Assembly (NCBI GenBank): GCA_016219015.1
Contig: JACRCL010000001.1
Location: forward strand, 70,308-134,307
Length of the DNA: 64,000 nt
Direction of reading: 5' to 3'
From: Deltaproteobacteria bacterium
GTDB taxonomy: Bacteria; Desulfobacterota; GWC2-55-46
Shown: positions 48,259-57,072 of the stretch, piece by piece
Numbering within the stretch: the stretch's first letter is position 1
Layout: each line of letters opens with the position of its first letter
The notes under the pieces: generated by a model
What the model was told of the DNA's origin: nothing
Databases searched by the model: none
What the model saw: the letters and a program-made list of their open reading frames with translations, nothing else
Translations under genes and position numbers: made by a program

Positions 48259-48684
48259 TCACTGCCCGAGCTCGAGCGCCTTGGCAGCCATCTCCCTTGT
48301 AGCCTTGAAGGCCGACACGTTCGCCTCGTAGCTCCGGGACGCGGTTATCATGTTCACCATCTCCTCCGCCACGTTCACGTTCGGGTAGGCCACATAGCCC
48401 TTCGCGTCCGCGTCCGGGTGGCCGGGCTCGTACGCGTATTTCAAGGGCCTGCCGTCCTCGATTATCCCCTCGGCCTTCACCCCGCTCGCGTAGCCGTCGA
48501 GGGCCGAGCGTAGAGACGCGTCAAAGGAGCCGACCGGCTGGGAGGCGAAGACTATGTCCTTCCTCCTGTAGGCCCCTCCGGTTTCCGTGTGCGTCGTCTC
48601 GACGTTGGCGAGGTTGCTGGCTATTATGTTCATCCTGAGCCTCTGGGCCTCCATGCCCGAGGCGCTTATCGAAAAAAGGTCCAT
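48259..48684 (-). CDS. flgC: Flagellar rod protein FlgC
   Basis: 141 aa ORF. Rod N-terminus (SASGMEAQRLRMNIIASNLANVETT) and conserved C-terminus. Confidence 0.9.
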   Translation of the reverse strand: MDLFSISASGMEAQRLRMNIIASNLANVETTHTETGGAYRRKDIVFASQPVGSFDASLRSALDGYASGVKAEGIIEDGRPLKYAYEPGHPDADAKGYVAYPNVNVAEEMVNMITASRSYEANVSAFKATREMAAKALELGQ

Positions 48685-48687
48685 GTG

Positions 48688-49104
48688 TTATCTCCCTTCC
48701 CTTATCGCTGCCATTAGGATATTGAACTTGGATTTGAGCATCTTGGCTGAGGTCGCGTACATGAGCGAGTTCTCCGAAAGCCTGACCATCTCGCCTTCTA
48801 TGCCCACGGAGTTCATGTCATAGCCTTCGATATCCGTGGCCCTGTCAATCACCGCGGGCTCGCCCGCTATGCCTGAGACGCCGGGTATGTGGAGGGCGCT
48901 TGTGCGCGCGAGCGTCATCCCCGCCTGTCCGTTCGAGGCCGCCTCTTTTTTCCTCAGCTCGTCCTCGAACTTGATGTCAACGGCCCTGTACCCGGGGGTC
49001 TCCTGGTTCGCTATGTTGGAGGACAGGAGCTTCTGCCTCGCGGCCCTCAGGTCGAGGGAATTCCCCAAAAGGTCTATCGTGCGGTCGAAAAGCCCTCCTA
49101 TCAT
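48688..49104 (-). CDS. flgB: Flagellar rod protein FlgB
   Basis: 138 aa ORF. FlgB family (LSSNIANQETPGYR). SD GGAGG upstream. Confidence 0.9.
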   Translation of the reverse strand: MIGGLFDRTIDLLGNSLDLRAARQKLLSSNIANQETPGYRAVDIKFEDELRKKEAASNGQAGMTLARTSALHIPGVSGIAGEPAVIDRATDIEGYDMNSVGIEGEMVRLSENSLMYATSAKMLKSKFNILMAAIREGR

Positions 49105-49132
49105 AAGCCCCTCCTTCGATGTCCGGTAAAAA

Positions 49133-49149
49133 TTGCAAATTCCATACCA
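49133..49149 (-). promoter_or_regulatory. Sigma-54 promoter candidate for the flgB-flgC-fliE-fliF-fliG-fliH-fliI-fliJ operon
   Basis: Minus strand reads TGGTATggaatTTGCA with correct GG-N10-GC spacing and a perfect -12 element, about 30 nt upstream of the flgB ATG. Confidence 0.5.
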
Positions 49150-49208
49150 ATACGAAAATATCCTGTTAAAAAAGAGGTCCTGTCACGCGGAAGGCGGGAA
49201 ATAAATTC

Positions 49209-50597
49209 CTACCCCGGCAAAACCTGCCCGTATTCCTTTAATTTATTGCGTAAAGTCCTCACCGAAATGCCGAGGACCTTAGCCGCCCTGGTCCTGTTCC
49301 CCTCCACGCCGTCAAGGGTTTTGCATATAAGCCCCTTCTCCATCTCACGGAGCGTCATATTATTGGCGTTCTCATTATTGGTTTTATCATTACTGGCTTT
49401 ACCGGGGGCAGGCCCGGTGCATGCGGCTTCGTCCTTTTCAATGATGTCCAGCTCCGCGTCGTCCTGCCCCATGAGGAGGTGCTCGAGCTCAAGGGTCTTG
49501 CCCTGGCTTACGAGCACGGCCCTTTCAATGGTATTTTCCATCTCGCGGATATTGCCCCTCCACCTGTTCCTTTTTATAAGGTCGAGGGCTTCGTCCGAGA
49601 TGACCTCAACGCGCCTTGAATACTTGGCGGCGAATTTGTTCAAGAAATGATCGGCGATATGGACTATGTCCCCGCCCCTTTCCCGCAGGGGGGGCAGGAG
49701 GAGCGGGAAGATATTGAGCCTGTAGAAAAGGTCTTCCCTGAAGCGGCCCGCGGCCACTTCCTTTTTCATCTCCCTGTTCGTCGTGGCGATTATCCTTATA
49801 TCGAGCGGGATGGGGCTTTTCCCGCCGAGCCTTTCGACTTCCTTTTCCTGTATTATCCTCAGGAGCTTCGCCTGGAGCCTTATGTCCATCTCGCTTATCT
49901 CGTCCAGGAGGATGGTGCCGGTATCGGCCTGCTCGAACTTGCCCTGCCGCGCCGCTATCGCCCCGGTGAAGGCCCCTTTTTCATGGCCGAAGAGCTCGCT
50001 CTCAAGGAGCCCGTCCGGGATGGACGCGCAGTTGACGGGCACAAAGGGCCTGTCCGCCCTCGGGCTGTTGGCGTGTATGAGCCTCGCGAACAGTTCCTTG
50101 CCCGTGCCGCTCTCCCCGGATATGAGGACCGTGGCGTCGCTTGCGGCGGCCGTTAGCGCCATGGAGATGACCCTCTTCATCGAGGGGTCACTTGAGACCA
50201 TCGTCTTTCCTCTGGCGTCGTCCTGGCGCGGTCCTTCCCTTAGCATCAGGGCCTTCTCCACGGTGGATTCGAGGGCGTCGAGGGTAAACGGCTTCAGTAT
50301 GAAATCGACCGCCCCTTCCTTCACGGCCTCGACCGCCTTCTGTATGGTGCCGAAAGCGGTGATGAGGAGCACCGGCGTGTGCGGCGCGGTCTTTTTTATG
50401 GATTTAAGGAGCTCCATCCCTCCCATGCCCGGCATCTTCAAATCGCTTATTACCATGTCGAACGGGGCCTCGCCTATCTTCCTCATCGCCTCCCTGCCGT
50501 CGGGGGCGAGTTCCACGGAGTAGCCTTTCCGAGTGAGGGCCTCTTTTATCGCAAGCCGCATCTCAGCTTCGTCGTCTACTATCAGTATGCTCCCCAT
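49209..50597 (-). CDS. Sigma-54-dependent two-component response regulator (FlrC/FleR/FlgR-like)
   Basis: Receiver + AAA+ sigma-54 activation domain (GAFTGA, ESELFGHEKGAFTGA) + Fis-type HTH. I moved the start to the ATG at 50595-50597 (MGSILIVDD), which has AGGAGA upstream; the ORF-track start is a TTG 21 nt further. Confidence 0.85.
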   Translation of the reverse strand: MGSILIVDDEAEMRLAIKEALTRKGYSVELAPDGREAMRKIGEAPFDMVISDLKMPGMGGMELLKSIKKTAPHTPVLLITAFGTIQKAVEAVKEGAVDFILKPFTLDALESTVEKALMLREGPRQDDARGKTMVSSDPSMKRVISMALTAAASDATVLISGESGTGKELFARLIHANSPRADRPFVPVNCASIPDGLLESELFGHEKGAFTGAIAARQGKFEQADTGTILLDEISEMDIRLQAKLLRIIQEKEVERLGGKSPIPLDIRIIATTNREMKKEVAAGRFREDLFYRLNIFPLLLPPLRERGGDIVHIADHFLNKFAAKYSRRVEVISDEALDLIKRNRWRGNIREMENTIERAVLVSQGKTLELEHLLMGQDDAELDIIEKDEAACTGPAPGKASNDKTNNENANNMTLREMEKGLICKTLDGVEGNRTRAAKVLGISVRTLRNKLKEYGQVLPG

Positions 50598-50614
50598 GCC
50601 GTTTCTCCTAAAGG

Positions 50615-51433
50615 TCAACAGACGTTGTTTGAAGGGCTTATCGGAAGCCTTATAATGAACGAAGTCCCCCTGCCGTTTGACGCAACTTCTATGGAGCCGC
50701 CGTGGGCGCTTACCACGGAGGATACGATGGCGAGCCCCAGGCCGGTGCCCCTTTCCCTGGTCGAGAAGAACGGGTCGAATATCCTGTCGAGGTGCTCGGG
50801 AGAGATCCCCATGCCCGTGTCCCTTACCACTATCTCCATTACGCCGTCGATTACAGCCGTGGTTATAGTGACGCTTCCGCCTTCGTCGAGCGCGTCTAAG
50901 GCGTTAAGCAGGAGGTTCAGGAGGAGCTGGCGCAGCAGCCCGGCGTCGGCCATAAACGCCGTCCTGCCTTCGCACGAGTATTTTATCTTTACGTTATCTT
51001 TTTCCCGTCCGCGGACAAGCAGGACCGAGTCCTCTATGACCTCCTTGATGTCCACGGATTTCAGCCTCGCCGCCGGAGAGCTCGCGAAAAGGAGCATGTT
51101 CGATAAGAGGTTATCGAGCGTCTTTATGCCTTTTGTTATGTGGCCCGCGAGCTTCATCTTCTCGGGCTCATGGGTAAGCTCGCGCTCAAGGAGGGTGGCG
51201 AATATCGCCATCGAGCCGAGCGGGTTCCTTATCTCGTGGGCTATCCTGGCCGCCATCTCGCCCATTGCGGCAAGCCTCCTGGTCCTTTCCATGTACCTGT
51301 TCTTCTCCGCGAGCTCCCCGTTCAGGTACTCGATCCTTTGCTCCAGGAGCGCGTACTGCTGTTCGAGCTTCTCGGACGCGTCCCTGAACGTATTGAAGGC
51401 GTCGTTTAAGAGGTCCACTTCCTGACCGGCCAT
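50615..51433 (-). CDS. Cytoplasmic sensor histidine kinase (FlrB/FleS/FlgS-like) with N-terminal coiled coil and no TM segment
   Basis: 272 aa ORF. H-box AHEIRNPLGSM, N/G1/G2 boxes (DTGMGI, GTGLGLAI). Encoded immediately upstream of the sigma-54 RR gene. Confidence 0.85.
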   Translation of the reverse strand: MAGQEVDLLNDAFNTFRDASEKLEQQYALLEQRIEYLNGELAEKNRYMERTRRLAAMGEMAARIAHEIRNPLGSMAIFATLLERELTHEPEKMKLAGHITKGIKTLDNLLSNMLLFASSPAARLKSVDIKEVIEDSVLLVRGREKDNVKIKYSCEGRTAFMADAGLLRQLLLNLLLNALDALDEGGSVTITTAVIDGVMEIVVRDTGMGISPEHLDRIFDPFFSTRERGTGLGLAIVSSVVSAHGGSIEVASNGRGTSFIIRLPISPSNNVC

Positions 51434-51445
51434 CTCCTGCTCCTT

Positions 51446-53509
51446 TTAAAGCTTCGCGGGGTCCTTGAATATCTCGCCTGCCCAGCCGCCAAGCTCGGTA
51501 TTGAGCTCCTTCAGCTCCTTAAGCGCCTTCTGCTTCTCGGGGCCGTCGTCGAGCTTCGCGCAGCCCTGGGCTATCCTGTAGAGCGCCCATGCCCTGTCGT
51601 CTTTATTGTCGCTGCTCCGGATAAGCATCCTGTACGCCCTTATGGCGTCTTCGAACCTGCCTGAGGCGAAGTTTGAATCGCCCAGCCCGGCGTACGCCCG
51701 GCTGAGCCGCCCCTTGTCGCCATTGTCCGTGCCTGCCTCAAGGGCCTTTGCCGCCCTCGCGTAGAAAGTCGCTGCCTCGCCGTGTCTTTCGGTCTTTGAG
51801 AACGCGTCGGCCTTCAAGAGGTCGAACTCCGCTCCGGGCGGCGTCCTCATCCCCGAAGCCTTTTTGAAATCGTTTTTCATCATGGCTATCCTGAAGGCGA
51901 TGCCGTCCACCTCGTCCTGATAGCGCGTCTTCGGAAAACGGGCGACGAAGGCGTTCAGAAGCCTCTCCGCCGAGCCTGTGTCCGACTGGCTCAGGTAGAC
52001 TTTTGCGATAGTAACCATCGCGTCCTCGGCGACGTCGCCGACGCCTATCTTTATCGAGCGGTCGAGGTATTTGACCGCGTCCGGGTAGAGCCCGAGGGAA
52101 TAATATGCCTTCCCTGATTTAAGGAACGACTCGGCCTTCTTACCGAAGGGGACCGCGCTCCCGTAAGCCGAGCTTACGCTTATGGCGCCGTTGTAGTCCC
52201 CCCGTGAATACAATGTGTCTATCCATCTGTTGACGAGCGCGCCCTGGAGCCTCGACAATTCCGCCTTATGCGTCGTCATCGGGTATTTGCCGGGAAAGCC
52301 CTTGAGCCTCTCCATGGCCTCCTCGAACCTGTCAAGCCTTGTCAATAACGATATCAGGCTTAGGTCAGCGGCCTCGGAGCCGAGGTAACCCCCGTCCGCG
52401 ACAGCGGCGTAAATCCTGACGGCCTTGACGAGTGATTCATCATTGGAGCCCTCCATCTGTAACAGGTCGGCTAACGAAAGGGCGGAGACGGCCCAGGGCT
52501 CGCCCTTGAGCGCCTCCTTGGCCTTTGAATAGACCTTTATCGCCTCATCCCTGTTCCCTTCGGCGAGATAGGAATCCCCGGTTTTCAGAGTAAAATATGT
52601 CGATAATAGCTCGTCGTTGGGATATCTTGAGCGGAGTATCCCGTAGGCCTTCCGAGCCTCATCCCGGCTCCCGCTTAGAACGTACATATCGCCCGCGGCA
52701 AGGAGGTTTATCGAGTCCATCTCTTCGAGGGGCGTTTTGTTCCCGTCGTACAGCTTCCGGGCGATGTCGAACTCGCCCCTTGTAAGAGCCGCGTTGGCGA
52801 GCCATAGCCTCGACTCCCCGAACCCTCTATCAAAAGAGGACTGGAAGAACTCCCTGGAGCTGTTCAGTTTTCCGTCGAGGAATAATATCCGCGCCCTGCC
52901 GAACTGGGCCGCCGGGAGGAACGCGGAGTCTTTTTTGTCGGCTATGACCTTCGAGAAGTACCCCGAGGCCTCGGGGAAGAACCCCCTGTTCTCGTAGTAA
53001 TTGGCCAGCACGAAGAAACCGAGTTTTTTGAACTCGGCCTCACCGCTCTCCCTTAATACGGCGTCGAGGCCGTTGGGGTCCTTCGGGGCCGCCAGGAAGG
53101 CGATTATATCCTTCAACAGTGCGGCCTTTTTTACGTACCCCTTCTGGCCCAGCTCGTCCGCTAACGCCCCCGCCGCGTTTATCGTCGTTGCCATGCCGGG
53201 CGCGTGTATGCCCGCCTGGGCGAATACGCTTTCAAGGAGTCTGTCTTCGGTATAGAGCTCTCCCCTCAGGATGGAAGTGACCTTTTTCCTGTAGACCCAC
53301 CTCCACCCCTCGTTGAAAGTGATTATCTCTTTAACCCCGCCTTCCGCAACCTTTACCGCCTCCGTGCCCTTTTTCGGGGAGAAGGAGGGGGATGCCTCTG
53401 CCTTTTTGTTTTGGAGGGATTTTGAAAAGGCAGAGGCAGGCTGGGGCGGCCCTGCAAGGACCGCCAGCGAGAAGATGATGGCGATTAAGATGAAAACCCT
53501 GTTTCTCAT
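51446..53509 (-). CDS. Secreted TPR-repeat protein (687 aa), first gene of the sigma-54 kinase-regulator operon
   Basis: N-terminal signal peptide MRNRVFILIAIIFSLAVLAGPPQPASA. Multiple TPR-like helical repeats throughout. Confidence 0.7.
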   Translation of the reverse strand: MRNRVFILIAIIFSLAVLAGPPQPASAFSKSLQNKKAEASPSFSPKKGTEAVKVAEGGVKEIITFNEGWRWVYRKKVTSILRGELYTEDRLLESVFAQAGIHAPGMATTINAAGALADELGQKGYVKKAALLKDIIAFLAAPKDPNGLDAVLRESGEAEFKKLGFFVLANYYENRGFFPEASGYFSKVIADKKDSAFLPAAQFGRARILFLDGKLNSSREFFQSSFDRGFGESRLWLANAALTRGEFDIARKLYDGNKTPLEEMDSINLLAAGDMYVLSGSRDEARKAYGILRSRYPNDELLSTYFTLKTGDSYLAEGNRDEAIKVYSKAKEALKGEPWAVSALSLADLLQMEGSNDESLVKAVRIYAAVADGGYLGSEAADLSLISLLTRLDRFEEAMERLKGFPGKYPMTTHKAELSRLQGALVNRWIDTLYSRGDYNGAISVSSAYGSAVPFGKKAESFLKSGKAYYSLGLYPDAVKYLDRSIKIGVGDVAEDAMVTIAKVYLSQSDTGSAERLLNAFVARFPKTRYQDEVDGIAFRIAMMKNDFKKASGMRTPPGAEFDLLKADAFSKTERHGEAATFYARAAKALEAGTDNGDKGRLSRAYAGLGDSNFASGRFEDAIRAYRMLIRSSDNKDDRAWALYRIAQGCAKLDDGPEKQKALKELKELNTELGGWAGEIFKDPAKL

Positions 53510-53525
53510 TTGGCACGAGATTAAA

Positions 53526-53540
53526 GCAACAACTGTGCCA
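53526..53540 (-). promoter_or_regulatory. Sigma-54 promoter for the TPR-kinase-RR operon
   Basis: Minus strand reads TGGCACagttgTTGCt, a perfect -24/-12 match ending about 16 nt upstream of the TPR ATG. This implies a very short leader. Confidence 0.5.
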
Positions 53541-53701
53541 ACGGAAGTTACGGGTGCGTGGGCAGGCGCATGGAGACAGGAAAAAAGTTTTATATTCCGA
53601 ATAGTTAAGGACTTTACTTGATAGGCTCTGTTACGGGGCTTGCCAATGTGAGGAATGCAGGATAGGGCTTTATGACAGCTTTAAAACGCTGAACGTCAAG
53701 A

Positions 53702-55126
53702 TTATGACCCCGCCATTTCGCTCGTCTCAGGCGAGTCTATGATATCGAGCTGGTCAAGGAGGCCCTTCCTCTTCATCTTCTCGATGAGGGTCGTCCTGTT
53801 GAGGTTCAGGTACTCGGCGGCCTTCTTCTTTATGCCGTTTACCCTGTTGAGGGCGTTGATTATAAGGTCCCTCTCGAAGTTGTCCACGGCGATATTGAAG
53901 TCTATGCCGTCAGCGGGAAGCTGGAGCCCGGCGGAGGGCGCTTCAGCCCTGTGCTGCCTTATCTTGTCCGGGATGTCCTTTATGGTTATCAGGCTGTCTT
54001 CCTCCTTGAGGACGATGAGCCTCTCGACGAGGTTCTCAAGCTCGCGGATATTGCCCGGCCAGTCATAGCCCTCGAAGACCCTCAAGGCGTCCGGCGCCAC
54101 ACCTTTTATGCCCTTCTTCTTCCTCTTGGATATCTTCTCGATGAAGTGGTCAAGGAGGAGAGGGATGTCCTCCCTCCTCTGCCGGAGCGGCGGCAGGTGC
54201 ACGGGTATCACGTTAAGCCTGTAAAAAAGGTCTCCCCTGAACTTCTTTTCCTCGACGGCCTTTTCAAGGTCCTGGTTCGTGGCCGCGACGACCCTGACGT
54301 CGACCTTTATCGACGCCCTCCCGCCTACCCTGTCGAACTCCTTTTCCTGAAGGACCCTCAGTATCTTGACCTGAAGGGCCGGGCTCATGTCCCCTATCTC
54401 GTCGAGGAATACCGTCCCGTTGTGCGCGGCCTCGAACCTGCCTATCTTGGTGGCTATGGCGCCGGTGAAGGCGCCCTTCTCGTAGCCGAAAAGCTCGCTT
54501 TCGAGGAGGTCCTCGGGGATAGCGCCGCAGTTTATCGGCACGAACGGCTTGTTCGACCGGGTGGACCCGTAATGGAGCGCCCTTGCCACAAGCTCCTTGC
54601 CCGTGCCGCTCTCCCCGAGTATCAGGACGGTCGAGTCCGTGTCCGCGATCTTGTCGATATTATTGCGCAGGTCCTGTATCGCGGGGCTCGTGCCGAGGAT
54701 GGCGGTGGTGTAGCTCCTCTTAATCTCGTTTTTGAGCTTGGAGTTCTCCTCTTTGAGCGAATGGACCTCCTGGGCCTTCTCAAGGGTCACGAGGAGCTCG
54801 TCCTTGCCAAAGGGTTTCTTTAAATAGGTGAACGCGCCTACGCGCATGGCCTCGACCGCGGTCTCGACCGAGGCGTAGCCGGTGAGTATTATGCAGGCGG
54901 TATTAGGGGCGGTGGATTTTACCGAGCGGATGACGTCTATGCCGCTAATGCCGGGGAGCTTCAGGTCGGTAAGGACTATGTCGAAGGGGGATTTTTTCGC
55001 GGCCTCTATGCCCGACTCTCCGTTAGGCGCCGTGGTCACCTTGTAGCCGTTCATTCCGAGTATTTCGCTTAGGTTCTCGCGGATATACTCCTCATCCTCA
55101 ACGAGCAGGACCGTGCAGTCACCCAT
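53702..55126 (-). CDS. Sigma-54 enhancer-binding protein with N-terminal receiver (FleQ/FlrA/FgrM-type master-regulator candidate)
   Basis: Receiver (VLLVEDEE...VLTDLKLPG...LTGY...LKKP) + AAA+ (GESGTGKE, GAFTGA) + C-terminal Fis-type HTH. I placed the start at the ATG at 55124-55126 (MGDCTVLLVEDEE), which has GGGAGA upstream. Confidence 0.85.
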   Translation of the reverse strand: MGDCTVLLVEDEEYIRENLSEILGMNGYKVTTAPNGESGIEAAKKSPFDIVLTDLKLPGISGIDVIRSVKSTAPNTACIILTGYASVETAVEAMRVGAFTYLKKPFGKDELLVTLEKAQEVHSLKEENSKLKNEIKRSYTTAILGTSPAIQDLRNNIDKIADTDSTVLILGESGTGKELVARALHYGSTRSNKPFVPINCGAIPEDLLESELFGYEKGAFTGAIATKIGRFEAAHNGTVFLDEIGDMSPALQVKILRVLQEKEFDRVGGRASIKVDVRVVAATNQDLEKAVEEKKFRGDLFYRLNVIPVHLPPLRQRREDIPLLLDHFIEKISKRKKKGIKGVAPDALRVFEGYDWPGNIRELENLVERLIVLKEEDSLITIKDIPDKIRQHRAEAPSAGLQLPADGIDFNIAVDNFERDLIINALNRVNGIKKKAAEYLNLNRTTLIEKMKRKGLLDQLDIIDSPETSEMAGS

Positions 55127-55166
55127 GGTGGTCTCCCTGATGCGAGTTTTTTCTGGCTGTGGCCGC

Positions 55167-55196
55167 ATTATAGCCCATGAAATCCATGGATGTCAA
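55167..55196 (-). promoter_or_regulatory. Consensus sigma-70 promoter for the master EBP gene
   Basis: Minus strand reads TTGACA-N18-TATAAT, both hexamers perfect, about 40 nt upstream of the EBP ATG. Confidence 0.5.
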
Positions 55197-55260
55197 TATT
55201 TTGAACAAAAAAGTTTTCATGTGCGCATCGTCAGGATGATAACGGCTCCGCACTGCTCAA

Positions 55261-55288
55261 ATTGACAAAAAGTGCCCGGATGGTATAT
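55261..55288 (+). promoter_or_regulatory. Sigma-70 promoter for the divergent aminopeptidase gene
   Basis: TTGACA-N16-TATATT on the plus strand about 37 nt upstream of the ATG at 55325, with SD GGGAGATGAGG. Confidence 0.45.
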
Positions 55289-55324
55289 TAAAAGAAACTT
55301 GAACCGGGAGATGAGGTGTAATAG

Positions 55325-56452
55325 ATGAGCCAGATGTCTGATGAGGTCTTAAAAAGTATATTTACCGTGAACCTCGGGGTTAAGAAGGATGAGCGGGTGC
55401 TGGTCTTTACGGACGTCGTGAACCTTGACGAACGGGTGCCGGAGGAAGAGTCACAAAAGAGGGAGGAGCTGAGGGATATCGCTAAGGAAGTGGCAGAGGC
55501 AGGCAGGGAATTCTGCTCCACGGACTACCTGGAGTTCCCCTCTGTAGGGGGCCACGGCAAGGAGCCGCCCGCGATCGTCTGGATGGCCGCGTTCGGGGAA
55601 GAGGCCGTATCCGAGCTGGAAAAAAGGGGCGTGCTTAAAAAGATACTCTCGAAAGAGGCCGGGGAAAGGGATATAAAGGCCGCGGAGGCCGTCATCTCCG
55701 AAAAGGCGAAGTCCCCGGACGCCGTAATAGCGCTGTCGAACTTCTCGACCTCACATACGAGGTTCAGGGACCTCCTTACGAGGGTCAGGGGCGCGAGGTA
55801 CGCCTCGATGCCGCTTTTCGAGAGGCCGATGATGGACGGGGCCATGACGGCGGACTGGAACAGGGTCGAGGCCAGGACAAAACGGCTCATTGAAATGATG
55901 TCAGGCGGCGACATGGTCGTGCTCACCTCCCATAACGGGACGTCGATGGTATTTTCGATGAAGGGGCGCGACGTGCTCCCGGATACCGGGATACTCACGA
56001 AAAAAGGCTCGTTCGGGAACCTGCCCGCGGGCGAGGCCTTCCTCGCCCCTGTCGAGGGCACCGCCGAAGGCTCCCTTGTGCTCGAATGGGCGCCCACCGG
56101 GAAGCTGAGGCAGTCCATCTGCCTCGAGGTTAAAAACGGCAGGGTCGTGGAAGTCGAAGGCACTGGCGAATTCGCCGAGGACCTCCGTGAGAAGATAGGC
56201 TCGAACCCGCTCATCGGCAATATCGCCGAGCTCGGGATAGGGACGAACGACAGGGCCGAGCGGCCCGACAATATCCTTGAGACCGAAAAGATACTCGGCA
56301 CCGTCCATGTCGCGCTCGGGGACAACTCTTCTTTCGGGGGAAAGGTATCAGTGCCTTTCCATCAGGACTTCATATTCTTCAGGCCTACGCTTGAGGTGTT
56401 CAAAGGGGGGCAGAAGACAGAGGTGATTGTCGAGGGCGACCCGAGGTTTTAG
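55325..56452 (+). CDS. M29-family aminopeptidase (AmpS/PepS-like)
   Basis: 375 aa ORF. Thermophilic-metalloprotease (M29) family features. The only convincing plus-strand gene in the window. Confidence 0.8.
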   Translation: MSQMSDEVLKSIFTVNLGVKKDERVLVFTDVVNLDERVPEEESQKREELRDIAKEVAEAGREFCSTDYLEFPSVGGHGKEPPAIVWMAAFGEEAVSELEKRGVLKKILSKEAGERDIKAAEAVISEKAKSPDAVIALSNFSTSHTRFRDLLTRVRGARYASMPLFERPMMDGAMTADWNRVEARTKRLIEMMSGGDMVVLTSHNGTSMVFSMKGRDVLPDTGILTKKGSFGNLPAGEAFLAPVEGTAEGSLVLEWAPTGKLRQSICLEVKNGRVVEVEGTGEFAEDLREKIGSNPLIGNIAELGIGTNDRAERPDNILETEKILGTVHVALGDNSSFGGKVSVPFHQDFIFFRPTLEVFKGGQKTEVIVEGDPRF

Positions 56453-56603
56453 ACCAGGCTTCAAATAAGTCCATTTGCCGCGTTATCATCGTCGCGAAAC
56501 AGCGCAGGGAGACTACGCCTCATTCCTTGTCCGTATTGCCTCGCATCTGGAACTTTTTGAGCAGCCTCTTCGAACACGCATAGCGGGCGGACATCTACCT
56601 GTC

Positions 56604-56645
56604 GTGAAATGAAAATAGTCCCCCTCCCCTTGCGGGGAGGGGGAC
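56604..56645 (-). terminator. Rho-independent terminator after yjbQ, between convergent genes
   Basis: Perfect 12-bp stem GTCCCCCTCCCC-TTGC-GGGGAGGGGGAC, 8 nt after the yjbQ stop, followed on the minus strand by TATTTTCATTTCAC. Confidence 0.6.
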
Positions 56646-56652
56646 GGGACGC

Positions 56653-57072
56653 CTACTCGCCGATTATCTTTACGAGCACCCTTTTCCTTCGCCTGCCGTC
56701 GAACTCGCCGTAGAATATCTGCTCCCACGTGCCGAAATCCAGCCTGCCCTTCGTAAGCGCCACGACAACGCCCCTGCCCAGTATCTCCCTTTTAAGGTGC
56801 GCGTCCGCGTTGTCCTCGCCGGTGTCGTTATGCCTGTATTGGGCCACGGGCGCGTGGGGCGCGAGCTTTTCGAGCCATACGTCGAAGTCGTGATGTAGCC
56901 CGGTTTCGTTGTCGTTTATGAATACCGAGGAGGTGATGTGCATGGAGTTTACGAGCACGATGCCTTCTTTGATATTGCTCTCCTCAATGCAGGCTGTCAC
57001 GTCCGGGGTGATGTTCACGAACCCGCGCCTTTCCGGCAGATGGTAAAATAGCTCTTTACGGTATGATTTCAT
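56653..57072 (-). CDS. YjbQ/UPF0047-family protein (secondary thiamine-phosphate synthase-like)
   Basis: 139 aa ORF. Conserved YjbQ family core ([23 protein letters not shown]...). Confidence 0.8.
   Translation of the reverse strand: MKSYRKELFYHLPERRGFVNITPDVTACIEESNIKEGIVLVNSMHITSSVFINDNETGLHHDFDVWLEKLAPHAPVAQYRHNDTGEDNADAHLKREILGRGVVVALTKGRLDFGTWEQIFYGEFDGRRRKRVLVKIIGE

Noticed and set aside
53510-53527. Plus-strand TTGGCACGAGATTAAAGC resembling a sigma-54 -24 element immediately after the TPR gene start
   Set aside because: The -12 position lacks the GC dinucleotide (TAAAG), and there is no plus-strand gene downstream. The true sigma-54 promoter is on the minus strand at 53526-53540.
56513-56728. 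71-aa minus-strand ORF overlapping the convergent terminator region and the yjbQ 3' end
   Set aside because: It overlaps yjbQ in another frame and spans the terminator hairpin; the translation is Arg-rich. Judged spurious.
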